64,000 nt of DNA from Bdellovibrionales bacterium. Its GTDB lineage: Bacteria; Bdellovibrionota; Bdellovibrionia; Bdellovibrionales; UBA1609. The notes below the pieces were generated by a model that was not told the DNA's origin, made no database searches, and saw only the letters and a program-made list of their open reading frames with translations. The stretch spans positions 800,001 to 864,000 of the forward strand of contig OZ241456.1 in the NCBI GenBank assembly GCA_965200875.1, in the 5' to 3' direction. This document shows, piece after piece, positions 53,244 through 62,690 of the stretch (positions within the stretch are counted from its first letter, which is position 1; each line of letters opens with the position of its first letter). The translations under genes were made by a program, and so were the position numbers.

Positions 53244-54092
53244 TCAAAAATGTAGACTGTGAGAATCTTCCGGTCTTTCACTTTTTGTTTTTTGCTTTCT
53301 GTGTTCCACTTCCAGCTTTTGAATAGAGTGAAAGTCTTTATCATTAAACTGTCTTTTTACAGAAACATCAATATCCGTGAAGTCTTTATTTTGAGCAAGA
53401 GATACAACTCCCAAGCGACTCAGCTCTAAAAGAGCTAGAAAAGCAATAAGAGTTTGAGGCAGATGATTCCCTTCTTTCCTGTTAGTAAGGGAACTCATTT
53501 TTAATTCAGCCCCGACAATTAAACGATGATGAATGGCATGAATACAATCTGATAAAAAAGGAAAAGGGTCTTGAAACAATCCAGAAAATCGATCAGAGAC
53601 AGAGGCGTCCTTTTGAAATACCCGGAAATGAGTACGCAAAAGCCTTAGAAGAGGTTGTTGTTTTATCCGATCTAGCACAGGTTCTGAAAGCGGGAAAAAG
53701 CATTCTTTATCGTGTTCTGTTATTCCCGATGACCATACATCTCTGCCCAACAAAGAACATTGGTTAAATTGATTAGAAAGGCTTTGCACAGCTTGTATTT
53801 TCAGCAAACTTCGCGTGAGCGCACCTTGAAGAACCTCTTTATTTTCCACTTCAGAATTTTCTGATTCTTCAGAAGGAAATAAGCTTTTAGATTTAATGTA
53901 AATCAGTAAAGCAGCCATTCTTATAAAATCCCCGGCAGAATCTAGATCCGTAATGGAATTTTGTTCAATAAAGGTCAAATACTGCTCGGTGATTTTATGA
54001 ATATCTATATCGAAAATGTCCATTTCCTCCCGGCGAATAAGCTGGAGGAGCAGATCTAATGGCCCGCTGAACTCTTTAATTTGAATATTCAA
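53244..54092 (-). CDS. scpA: segregation and condensation protein A
   Basis: FSGPLDLLLQLI..MDIFDI, AGDFIRMAALLIYIKSKSL, FLALLEL. Confidence 0.92.
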   Translation of the reverse strand: MNIQIKEFSGPLDLLLQLIRREEMDIFDIDIHKITEQYLTFIEQNSITDLDSAGDFIRMAALLIYIKSKSLFPSEESENSEVENKEVLQGALTRSLLKIQAVQSLSNQFNQCSLLGRDVWSSGITEHDKECFFPLSEPVLDRIKQQPLLRLLRTHFRVFQKDASVSDRFSGLFQDPFPFLSDCIHAIHHRLIVGAELKMSSLTNRKEGNHLPQTLIAFLALLELSRLGVVSLAQNKDFTDIDVSVKRQFNDKDFHSIQKLEVEHRKQKTKSERPEDSHSLHF

Positions 54093-54254
54093 TTTAACAC
54101 CTCTTTTTCATTCTATCAGTTTTTTGCAGGAAAACAAAGATTTTACTGTAAAACCTTGCAATTATTCTCCAAATAAATTATAAAAAATCAAGTGATAATA
54201 ATATGTTATCAGCTTTTCACAGATAACTGACTAAAGAATATGAAGGGGTAAAAT

Positions 54255-54743
54255 TTGATGAGCAGAAAAGCCAAAGAATATCTTATATCTGCTATAGCTG
54301 TGATCGGTGGGATTATCGCTTTGATCATGATGACAATATACGAACAAGATAATTATCCAAAGCTTTTCCGTTTTGGCATACAAAAATGGGCCGTGCGGTG
54401 TGAAAGTGAGGGGTGGGTATATCATTTAATTTCCTATAACCCTTTAGGCCATGATTCCACTAAAAACATCACCAGCCGAAGCTTAAGCTTTTTGGATGAA
54501 AAGGAAAAACGCCGTTATTCCATTCACCGGTTTGATAAAAATTCTTTGGATAGGGATTCCGTATGGCGCTTTATTTACCACGAAGGTTTAATCCGATCTT
54601 TTTCCAAAGAAGATGAATCCAAGGTTCTAAAAGGGAATGAACAGGTTTTTGAAATTGCCGAGGATTTTCACTCTCTCACTATTACGACAAAAAACAATCA
54701 AAAACTGAAACTCCCCTGTGAACCTGTCACTTTGTCGGATTAA
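54255..54743 (+). CDS. hypothetical protein with N-terminal TM helix
   Basis: 162 aa ORF with a single hydrophobic helix. Confidence 0.6.
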   Translation: MMSRKAKEYLISAIAVIGGIIALIMMTIYEQDNYPKLFRFGIQKWAVRCESEGWVYHLISYNPLGHDSTKNITSRSLSFLDEKEKRRYSIHRFDKNSLDRDSVWRFIYHEGLIRSFSKEDESKVLKGNEQVFEIAEDFHSLTITTKNNQKLKLPCEPVTLSD

Positions 54744-54782
54744 ACAAGCTCCTCGTGAGGAAAAAGGAAAGGATAGAACATT

Positions 54783-55664
54783 TTGTTATATGGAAGTTGG
54801 AAAACGATAAAAGAAAGAGAGTGGAAAAAAATGCAAAAAGATATGAATAAAATTTTTCAGAAAAAATATGAGAAGTTTGGTATTCCCGTGCCTCAAATTC
54901 ATTTTGTATTGGGTTCTTTGTTGGGTTCAGAATTAAATGCTGTTAGTTCTTTGTTTCCTGCATGGGAAAAGCGGGGGCAGGTGATTTTTTCTGAAATCCC
55001 TAGGTTAAACTCAGTATCTGCACCTTCTCATTCAGGTTGCTATGAATATTTTTATCATAAGGAAAAAAATAAAAGTATATGTTTTCAGCTGGGCAGATTA
55101 CATGGGTATGAGGGTTTGTCAGCTTGGGAAGTGGCACAAACAGTAATAGGGCCCCGTGAAGCGGGAACGGATTATTTTGTGCTTTCCAATATTTCCGGTG
55201 GGCTAAAGAAAGAACTGGTTCCCGGTTCTGTTGTGGCTATTGCAGATCATATTAATTTTACCGGGAAAAGCCCACTTGTGGGTCTTTCAAAGCAGGAGCC
55301 AAAGAGTTTTTATTTTCTGGATATGGAGAAAGCTTATAATGCTGAAATAACGACTGATATTGTAAAAGAAATGAAGAGACAAAATCTAAGTGTAAAGTCA
55401 GGTGTTTATATTGCTGTGCTGGGTCCTCAGTTTGAAACCCCGGCGGAAGTGCGTTTATTCACCAAATGGGGAGCGGATGTGGTGGGAATGTCTACTGTGT
55501 GGGAAGTAATGGCACTTTACTATTCCAAGGCAAAGGTGAGTGCGTTTTCTATAGTGGCCAATCCAGCATGTGGGGTAGGGGAGTCAGTGGAGATAGAGCA
55601 CTCTCGACTTAAACCCTGCTTTGCTAGTGTCATCACTTCTTTTTTTCATTTTGCCCAAAAATGA
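54783..55664 (+). CDS. purine-nucleoside phosphorylase (trimeric family)
   Basis: VLGS, GRLHGYEG, DHINFTG, GPQFETPAE, GADVVGMSTVWE. True start may be 54831. Confidence 0.92.
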   Translation: MLYGSWKTIKEREWKKMQKDMNKIFQKKYEKFGIPVPQIHFVLGSLLGSELNAVSSLFPAWEKRGQVIFSEIPRLNSVSAPSHSGCYEYFYHKEKNKSICFQLGRLHGYEGLSAWEVAQTVIGPREAGTDYFVLSNISGGLKKELVPGSVVAIADHINFTGKSPLVGLSKQEPKSFYFLDMEKAYNAEITTDIVKEMKRQNLSVKSGVYIAVLGPQFETPAEVRLFTKWGADVVGMSTVWEVMALYYSKAKVSAFSIVANPACGVGESVEIEHSRLKPCFASVITSFFHFAQK

Positions 55665-55695
55665 GTTAAACAGGTAAAAATCCTGAGAAGAAGCT

Positions 55696-56322
55696 CTATA
55701 AAGCCACTACTTGTTGGACTTCCGATATTTGATTTTTGAGATGAGTTTCTATTCCCTGTTTAAGAGTGACAGAAGAACTAGGACAACCAGAGCAAGCCCC
55801 TTGCATTTTTAAAAATACAGTGCCGTTTTTATAGCCGGCAAAGGCAATAAAACCTCCATCCATCGCTACCGCTGGTTGAATTTCTGTTTGCAAAATGTGT
55901 TTGATTTTTTGAACTGTTGCGGAATCCAATGGAGCAGAATCTAGTGGAGCAGAATCATCATTTTTATTTATGGATTCCGAGGGAGGTGCCAACAAAACCG
56001 TTTGTCCGCTTTCTATATGCTCTTGAATCATTTGGGATAGAGGTTCAGTTAATGTTTCCCATTCCACCCAGTCTTCTTTGGTGATAGTTATAAAGTTGGA
56101 ACCGATAAAGACTTTTGAAGCCCAAGGGAATCCCAATATTTTTTGAGCCAAAGGTGACCTTCCGGCTTTGGTTATATCTTCTGTTTCCCAGATTTCTTCG
56201 ACAATATTTTTGTTGATGGTAAATTTCAAGGAATGAGGGTTGGGTGTTGGTTCTGCGAAGACTGTTATTTTTTGTGCTTTTTCCATGTTTATGATAATAA
56301 CTTTATTTATTTTATTTTTCAA
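55696..56322 (-). CDS. NifU/Nfu-family Fe-S scaffold protein
   Basis: EPTPNP.SLKF, SPLA, PAVAMDGG, MQGACSGCPSSSVTLKQGIE. Start probably 56286. Confidence 0.93.
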   Translation of the reverse strand: MKNKINKVIIINMEKAQKITVFAEPTPNPHSLKFTINKNIVEEIWETEDITKAGRSPLAQKILGFPWASKVFIGSNFITITKEDWVEWETLTEPLSQMIQEHIESGQTVLLAPPSESINKNDDSAPLDSAPLDSATVQKIKHILQTEIQPAVAMDGGFIAFAGYKNGTVFLKMQGACSGCPSSSVTLKQGIETHLKNQISEVQQVVAL

Positions 56323-56746
56323 ATTGATTTTTTGGTTTTTTAAGTTTGTAGTTTGTGAAAAAGTCCTTATGTGTGCCAGCTAGCTTTCTCATACCTCACT
56401 GCTCAGTCTCAAACATGTGTGCTTTCCACCTACGTCTTTCAGTTGTGGTGGAGAGTAAAGTTTTTGCAGAGATTTTGTGTTTTCCGAGCCAGCGTCTTTC
56501 AATCGTGGGTGCTCAAAGCCGAACTCGACTCAATGTGGGGTATGAGCAATAAGTTTTTTACATTCTTCAATTTTGCAAGAAAACAAGAGTTTTGTTGTAA
56601 AATTTTGTAATTATTTTTCGGGGGTTTGATAAAAAATCCAATAATAATAATGTGTTATCAGGTTTACCTAGTGGCCCGTACAGAAAATATGCGGTGCTTG
56701 TAGAATTAGTGAATCCTCTTGATTTCAGTTTCCAATAGTTTTACAT

Positions 56747-56894
56747 TAGTGGCCCGTGAAAAAGTATGTTATTTCCCTGGATTCCCGCCTGCAAGGGACT
56801 GAAAGCCAATAACTTGGCTTTCAGTTTCCAAGAGGGAGCTTTCTCTTTAACAGGTAAGTAACCGGTTTTAGCAGGGGTTTTTCACGGACCACTA
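56747..56894. mobile_element. MITE-like element with 17-bp TIRs; other copies 9228-9317, 58594-58737, 62308-62432, 62435-62559
   Basis: Left TAGTGGCCCGTGAAAAA and right TTTTTCACGGACCACTA (16/17 match); internal GATTCCCG..GGGA hairpin. Confidence 0.75.
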
Positions 56895-56899
56895 CATTA

Positions 56900-57838
56900 T
56901 TGTTTTTTCAAAGGGAGTGTTGTGTGACTGACCAAGTAAAGAAGATACTCAGTTTTTATGAGTCAGAAAATCTAGGAGTAATAAATAATCTGAGTCGGAT
57001 TTTAAATCATGGTTATTTGGGTGGAACAGGCAAAGTGGTTATTTTACCCGTAGATCAAGGGTTTGAACATGGTCCTATTCTCAGTTTTTCAGAAAATGAA
57101 AATGGTTATGATCCTAGTTATCATTTCAAGTTGGCTATTTCTTCTGGCTGTAATGCTTATGCCGCGCCTCTTGGTTTTTTACGAGCCGGTACAAGAGAAT
57201 TTGCGGGAGAAATACCTCTCATCCTGAAAGTTAACCATTCAGACAATCTTTACAAAGACTCCGCCGGGCCTGTTCCAGCGTTAACCTCTTCAGTGGAATC
57301 CGCTTTAGAGCTTGGTTGCTCTGCTGTGGGTTTTACCATTTATCCGGGAAGTGATCAAAGAAAGCTGATGTATGAGGAAATAGCACGGGTGTCTGAACAG
57401 GCGCGAAAGTACGGATTAGTGGTGATTATTTGGTCTTATCCAAGAGGAAAGGGAGTGAGCAAGCAAGGGGAAACCGCTTTGGATGTTGTGGCGTATGCCG
57501 CTCATATTGCCACTCAGCTGGGTGCTCATATTGTTAAAATAAAACCTCCTTCAGATTATATTGAAAATGATTCCATTAAAAATATATTGAAAGATAAAGC
57601 TATAAACACGCTTTCCGATCGTGTTCGTTATGTGATTCAATCCGCTTTTAACGGAAAAAGAATAGTGATTTTCAGTGGTGGTCCGGCTAAAGAGAAAGAA
57701 ATGTTTATTCAGGAAATCAGGGAATTGGCCAAGGGGGGTGCTTTCGGTAGTATTGTTGGACGAAATGCTTTTAAACGACCTTTTGATGAGGCAGTAAGTT
57801 TACTTAGGGAAATAATGAATATTTATAAAAGTGTTTGA
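56900..57838 (+). CDS. fbaB: class I fructose-bisphosphate aldolase
   Basis: ILPVDQGFEHGP, CNAYAAPLG, VGFTIYPGS, WSYPRG, GAHIVKIK, FSGG, GRNAF. Start likely ~56924. Confidence 0.95.
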   Translation: MFFQRECCVTDQVKKILSFYESENLGVINNLSRILNHGYLGGTGKVVILPVDQGFEHGPILSFSENENGYDPSYHFKLAISSGCNAYAAPLGFLRAGTREFAGEIPLILKVNHSDNLYKDSAGPVPALTSSVESALELGCSAVGFTIYPGSDQRKLMYEEIARVSEQARKYGLVVIIWSYPRGKGVSKQGETALDVVAYAAHIATQLGAHIVKIKPPSDYIENDSIKNILKDKAINTLSDRVRYVIQSAFNGKRIVIFSGGPAKEKEMFIQEIRELAKGGAFGSIVGRNAFKRPFDEAVSLLREIMNIYKSV

Positions 57839-57845
57839 GTGATAT

Positions 57846-58079
57846 TTACTTACTCAAAAGTTTATCCAGTTTTATGTTTACTTCTTTTATTTCTTTTTTA
57901 AACTGCTCAAGTTCTTTTTCTATACGAATTTGGTTTTCTTTTAAGGGTTCTGTTTTTGCGTCCAGCATGGCATGGACACCTTTCAAAAGGAATGCCTGAA
58001 AAGCAAACAAAAAGATACCACCAGTCAAGAGCAATGCAATTAACGCGGTTATCAAAGTAACATTTAAAGTTATTTCCAT
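57846..58079 (-). CDS. small TM + coiled-coil protein (tandem paralog 2)
   Basis: Near-identical to 58100-58324. Confidence 0.75.
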   Translation of the reverse strand: MEITLNVTLITALIALLLTGGIFLFAFQAFLLKGVHAMLDAKTEPLKENQIRIEKELEQFKKEIKEVNIKLDKLLSK

Positions 58080-58099
58080 ATCTGTACTTTGAGTGACAT

Positions 58100-58324
58100 T
58101 TACTTATTCAAAAGCTTATCCAGTTTTATATTTACTTCTTTTTTAAATTGCTCAAGTTCTTTTTCTATACGAATTTGGTTTTCTTTTAAGGGTTCTGTTT
58201 TTGCGTCCAGCATAGCTTGGACACCTTTCAAAAGGAATGCCTGAAAAGCAAACAAAAAGATACCACCAGTCAAGAGCAATGCAATTAACGCGGTTATCAA
58301 AGTAACATTTAAAGTTATTTCCAT
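58100..58324 (-). CDS. small TM + coiled-coil protein (tandem paralog 1)
   Basis: AGGAG RBS; near-identical to 57846-58079. Confidence 0.8.
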   Translation of the reverse strand: MEITLNVTLITALIALLLTGGIFLFAFQAFLLKGVQAMLDAKTEPLKENQIRIEKELEQFKKEVNIKLDKLLNK

Positions 58325-58761
58325 ATCTGTACTCCTATAAAGATTGTATCATACTAAGATACCATTATTTCCATATTATAAACTATACCAACTTAGAAGG
58401 AAAAGGTCTATCTAGATTGGCTTTTTTCCAATTTTTATACATATATATTCTCGAATAAGAGCTAATAATGGATTTTTAGCAGGTTTTATCACTAATGTTG
58501 AGGTTTATCCTCTCTTGTTTAATGAAGGAAAGAAAATAACTGTTGAAAACAAAGGAAAGGTGACATAAGAAGATGATTAGCTCTTGATTATTTTAGTGGT
58601 CCGTGAAAAAGTATATTTGCTTAAGGAAAAAATATGGCAAATCTCTTTAAAACCCAGCAAGATTCCCGTTTTCACGGGACTGAAAAGCCAACAACTTGGC
58701 TTGTTAGTTTTATAAAACACCTTTTTCACGGGGTATTATTTTAAAGTGAAAGAAGTAAAAA

Positions 58762-60246
58762 ATGAGTATGGAAAAAAAAGACAATGTTTTAAGAGAGGAG
58801 AAAAAAAGAAAATTAACACTGCTTTTGGAAAAAAATCTTAACCCTTATCCTCATAATTTTAAGCGCACTCATGTCAGTGCTCAAATTCAAACACAATATG
58901 CGCATTTAAAATCTGGAGAATCTACCCCTACAGAGGAAAAAATACAGGTGGCAGGCCGGTTAATGCTTAAAAGAAGTATGGGCAAAGTGGCATTTTTCAA
59001 TATTCAAGATCAGGAAGGCAACCTACAGTGTTATCTTAAAATTCAAGAGTTGGACAAGCAGTCTGATCAGTTTTTTTCTTTAGTGGATATTGGGGATATT
59101 GTAGGGGTGCAGGGGACTTTGTTTCGCACTAAAAAAGGTGAGCTGACTTTGCGCTGTAAGGAATTTCAAATTTTATGTAAAAGTATAGAACCTCTTCCTG
59201 AAAAATATCATGGTGTGGAGGATACGGAATTAAAATATCGCCGAAGGTATTTGGATTTGATTATGAATCCTGATTCCAAAAAAGTTTTTCTCATCCGCTC
59301 AAAAGTTATAAAGGAAATTCGTGCCTTTATGGATAAGCGGGGGTTTTTAGAAGTGGACACCCCCATTCTCCAGCCTCTTTATGGTGGAGCAGAGGCTGAA
59401 CCTTTTTCCACACATCATCGCACTCTGGATTGTAATTTATACTTAAAAATTTCCCCTGAGCTGTATTTAAAGCGCTTGATTATAGGAGGCTTTGAAAAAG
59501 TTTATGAACTGGGGAAAAATTTCAGAAATGAAGGCATTGATCGTTCTCACAATCCTGAGTTTATGATGTTGGAATATTACGAAACTTATACGGATTATTT
59601 GGATCAGATGAAACAATTTGAAGAATTGGTTTGTCATGTAGTGAAAAGTGTGAAGGGCAGTTTAAAGTTTAAATACCAAGATAGGTTTTTGGACTTTACT
59701 CCTCCCTGGAAAAGAATCAGTGTGATGGAGGGTATTAAACAACAGGCTGGTTTTTCTGTGGAAAAAATGAGCGACAGAGAATTGTTTGATAAAATAAAAT
59801 CTTTGGGATCAGATTTTGAAAAGGAGACAGCGCGGGGAGCTATGGTTATGGAAGCCTTTGAACTTACAGTGGAAAAACAAATATGGGATCCTGTGTTTAT
59901 TGTGGATTTTCCAAAAGATACCTCTCCTTTAACTAAAGAGCACCGAAGAAAAAAAGATTTAGTGGAGCGCTTTGAACCTTTTGTTGCGGGCCTAGAGCTA
60001 GGCAACGCCTATACGGAGCTAAACGATCCGGTGGATCAAAGAAAAAGACTGAAAGAGCAGGAGCAACAAAGAAAAGTGAAAGAGTCAGCGCATCCTATGG
60101 ATCATGATTTTGCGCGTGCTATTGATATAGGCATGCCACCCACGGGAGGAGTGGGTTTAGGTGTAGAGCGTTTAATTCTTCTGCTGGCCAATCAACGCAG
60201 TATCAGAGACATTATTTTATTCCCTACTTTAAAATCTCTAAGTTAG
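58762..60246 (+). CDS. lysS: lysine--tRNA ligase (class II)
   Basis: PLPEKYHG, YRRRYLDL, ISPELYLKRL, FRNEGID..HNPEF, GNAYTELNDP, GMPPTGG. Confidence 0.98.
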   Translation: MSMEKKDNVLREEKKRKLTLLLEKNLNPYPHNFKRTHVSAQIQTQYAHLKSGESTPTEEKIQVAGRLMLKRSMGKVAFFNIQDQEGNLQCYLKIQELDKQSDQFFSLVDIGDIVGVQGTLFRTKKGELTLRCKEFQILCKSIEPLPEKYHGVEDTELKYRRRYLDLIMNPDSKKVFLIRSKVIKEIRAFMDKRGFLEVDTPILQPLYGGAEAEPFSTHHRTLDCNLYLKISPELYLKRLIIGGFEKVYELGKNFRNEGIDRSHNPEFMMLEYYETYTDYLDQMKQFEELVCHVVKSVKGSLKFKYQDRFLDFTPPWKRISVMEGIKQQAGFSVEKMSDRELFDKIKSLGSDFEKETARGAMVMEAFELTVEKQIWDPVFIVDFPKDTSPLTKEHRRKKDLVERFEPFVAGLELGNAYTELNDPVDQRKRLKEQEQQRKVKESAHPMDHDFARAIDIGMPPTGGVGLGVERLILLLANQRSIRDIILFPTLKSLS

Positions 60247-60594
60247 GTTAGGAGGTGACTCACAATTACTGATAGTAGAAGGGGAACTACTTTCTGCCAA
60301 GCTTGTACATTTTTTTTGAGCGGATTCTCTGGCTTTGCTTTCGGTTTCACCCTGTCCTCTAATGGTACTTTCTCCACACTCACAGAGCAGGGTTATCGAA
60401 GCTCCTTGAGTCACCACTTCTTTTGCTTCCTTAATTGTAGCTACCACTTCTTCTTTTTTGTCTATAGTTATTACTGGTCGGTCTTTCCCATTACTACTTT
60501 CTCCACTTTCTTCACTACTTGAACCATCGCAAGCAGAAAACATAAAGAATAAAAAGATAAGACTTATATAATAAAAGAGCAGTTTTATTTTCAT
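60238..60594 (-). CDS. small lipoprotein
   Basis: Lipobox FSAC, Ser-rich linker, four further Cys. Confidence 0.7.
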   Translation of the reverse strand: MKIKLLFYYISLIFLFFMFSACDGSSSEESGESSNGKDRPVITIDKKEEVVATIKEAKEVVTQGASITLLCECGESTIRGQGETESKARESAQKKCTSLAESSSPSTISNCESPPNLT

Positions 60595-60648
60595 AATTTT
60601 TTCCTTCTCACCTCAAGGTTAAGGAGGGTGCTAAAAGCTTTTTCATGT

Positions 60649-61287
60649 TCAATTATTATCTGGCGTCTGTGCGGTGTTGTTTTTATCTGCTTTTTCATTA
60701 TGACTTATAAAGCAAACACTTAGAGAGCTACATTGACTTTTTAAAGTTAGAGGTCTTAACTCTTGTTGTTCTTCTGTGGCTAATTTTTCCTCAGTGGCTA
60801 ATTTTTCCTCATATCTTCTTATCTTTTTATCTAGTTTATAAAAACAAATAGCTTTTGCCGCCTCATTCACTGAATTCCACTCAGAACCAAACTCCACTGC
60901 CTCTTCAAAAAAGAAAGTGTTTAATTGATTTCCTTGATTTCCTTGATTTCCTTGTGGTCTTGGGTTAAGATCACCTGCTTCTTCAGTACCTGCTTCTTCA
61001 GCTTGAAAATTAGCACCACACATACATTTAACTGATCCTTCTTCATTGCTATATGGAGGTCTACAAGTTTTACTGACTTCACATTCTCCTTCTGCTTCCA
61101 CTACTTCTCCATCTTCATAACTATAAATCGAACCCGGGTTACTTAAACATTCTGTACCATGATTGAAGTGAGAAATTCGTGATCTAACAGCAAAAGCCTC
61201 TCCCCAACTAAAAATAAAAGTTGTCACTATTACAAATTTCATCAGTTTCATTAAAAACCTCCTTTTAAATTTTGAAAAAACTCCCAT
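60649..61287 (-). CDS. secreted Cys-rich hypothetical protein
   Basis: Signal peptide (start likely MKLMKF after AGGAGG), QGN and EEKLAT micro-repeats. Confidence 0.7.
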   Translation of the reverse strand: MGVFSKFKRRFLMKLMKFVIVTTFIFSWGEAFAVRSRISHFNHGTECLSNPGSIYSYEDGEVVEAEGECEVSKTCRPPYSNEEGSVKCMCGANFQAEEAGTEEAGDLNPRPQGNQGNQGNQLNTFFFEEAVEFGSEWNSVNEAAKAICFYKLDKKIRRYEEKLATEEKLATEEQQELRPLTLKSQCSSLSVCFISHNEKADKNNTAQTPDNN

Positions 61288-61331
61288 TTAATCGGGATAC
61301 TTCAAGACTAACGGGGGGGGGTAAAAGTCAA
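61285..61331 (-). promoter_or_regulatory. putative promoter with C9 spacer (copy 2)
   Basis: Reverse complement TTGACTTTTA-C9-GTTAGTCTTGAAGTATCCCGATTAAATG matches 51136-51182. Confidence 0.55.
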
Positions 61332-61664
61332 GAAATAAATTCAGAAAAACAAATATGAGTAAAAAAACGGTTAAAACTAGCTTTCAGCTCCGAGGTATTG
61401 TTGTAGCCGGAGCATTTATTTACATAAGATCTGGTTCAGAGGAAAAAAACAAGGAATATGCAAAAAAACATATTGATAGTTTTTTAGAAACTAAAACATT
61501 CCATGATATTGTTAAAGAAAATATCAGTAATAAGGTTGAGATAACCAACATTTTTTAGAAATAGTTACTCTGATATGTAAAGTTTTTTCTTTCAAACCAA
61601 CTCATCTCAGGAAGCCATTTTTGGACCGTTTTTTAATAAAATTCCTGTTTCCTTTCGTAAAAGT

Positions 61665-62207
61665 ATGTTAGATTACAAGTTAAAGTTGCTGGACACCCAT
61701 GATCCACAAGTTCAAAAAGCTTTAAAGGATCCAAACATTCAAAGCCGTGGAGCATTAGCATTGTTAAGCAAGATATGGTTTTTAAAGAAGAGTGTGCCGG
61801 AGTTGTTGGAGTTTGTGTCTGCGTTTTCAGTTTTTTCGGGAAAGCGAGAGAATTTGATATTAAGTGCAGTGGATTATTTGAAGTCAGCGGGTGGAGTGAG
61901 TGTTGAATTATGGAAAAGAGTTGAGCATTTGGCAATAGAAAGAAGTTTATTAAAAAGAGGAGGTTATATGGACATAAGAGAAGAGATTAAATTAGTAGGC
62001 ATACAAGAAGGCATGCAGAAAGGTCTAAGAGAAGGCATACAAAAAGGCCGACAGGAAGGCCGTCAAGAAGGCCGACAGGAAGGTCGTCAGGAAGGCCGAC
62101 AGGAAGTGGTACTTAATATGCTAAAAAGCAAATTAAAGCTTTCTTTTATTGCTGAGATGACCGGTCTTTCTGAAGAGGAGATCAAAAAACTGAAAAACAG
62201 CTCTTGA
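61665..62207 (+). pseudogene. Rpn/YhgA-like (PD-(D/E)XK) protein, N-terminally truncated, with intact internal RpnS-like ORF 61968-62207
   Basis: GRQE repeats, VVLNMLK..FIAEMTGLSEEEIKKL tail, internal AGAGGAGG-ATG; no nuclease domain upstream. Confidence 0.8.
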
Positions 62208-62690
62208 TTCCAAGTAGTTCTCCATGAAAAAGTATGTTTAGTGGTGGAGTGCTGTTTACCAATACCTCAGCACTTTGGGCATGCGTTTTGCCCCGTGTGC
62301 ATCTAAATAGTGGCCCGTGAAAAAGTATGTGGTTTTCTGGATTCCCGTTTTCACGGGAATGACTTCCCTTGGGAAGTTACATGAAAGAGGGGTGTGATAA
62401 TTGAAACACTAAGGGTTTTTTACGGGTGAGTAAGTAGTTCTCCGTGAAAAAGTATGTGGTTTTCTGGATTCCCGTTTTCACGGGAATGACTTCCCTTGGG
62501 AAGTTACATGAAAAAAGAGTGTGATAATTGAAACACTAAGGGTTTTTCACGAGTGAGTAGATAATAAAGTATTATTATCACTGATTTTTTTAAAAAGGTT
62601 TTTTCATGGGTCATTAGCTGGCTTTATTGGTAGTGGTGGGGAGGTTTTTAAAGTCAATGGTGGGGAGTTTTTGGACGAGCTGTTTTGTTT

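Noticed and set aside
39249..54092. Absence of carA beside carB and of scpB beside scpA
   Set aside because: Partners may lie elsewhere in the genome; cannot be judged from one window.
62215..62559. Tandem ~125-bp units as a CRISPR or integron attC array
   Set aside because: Units are near-identical along their length, with no spacers or cassette ORFs, and no cas or integrase is present. Better explained as tandem MITEs.
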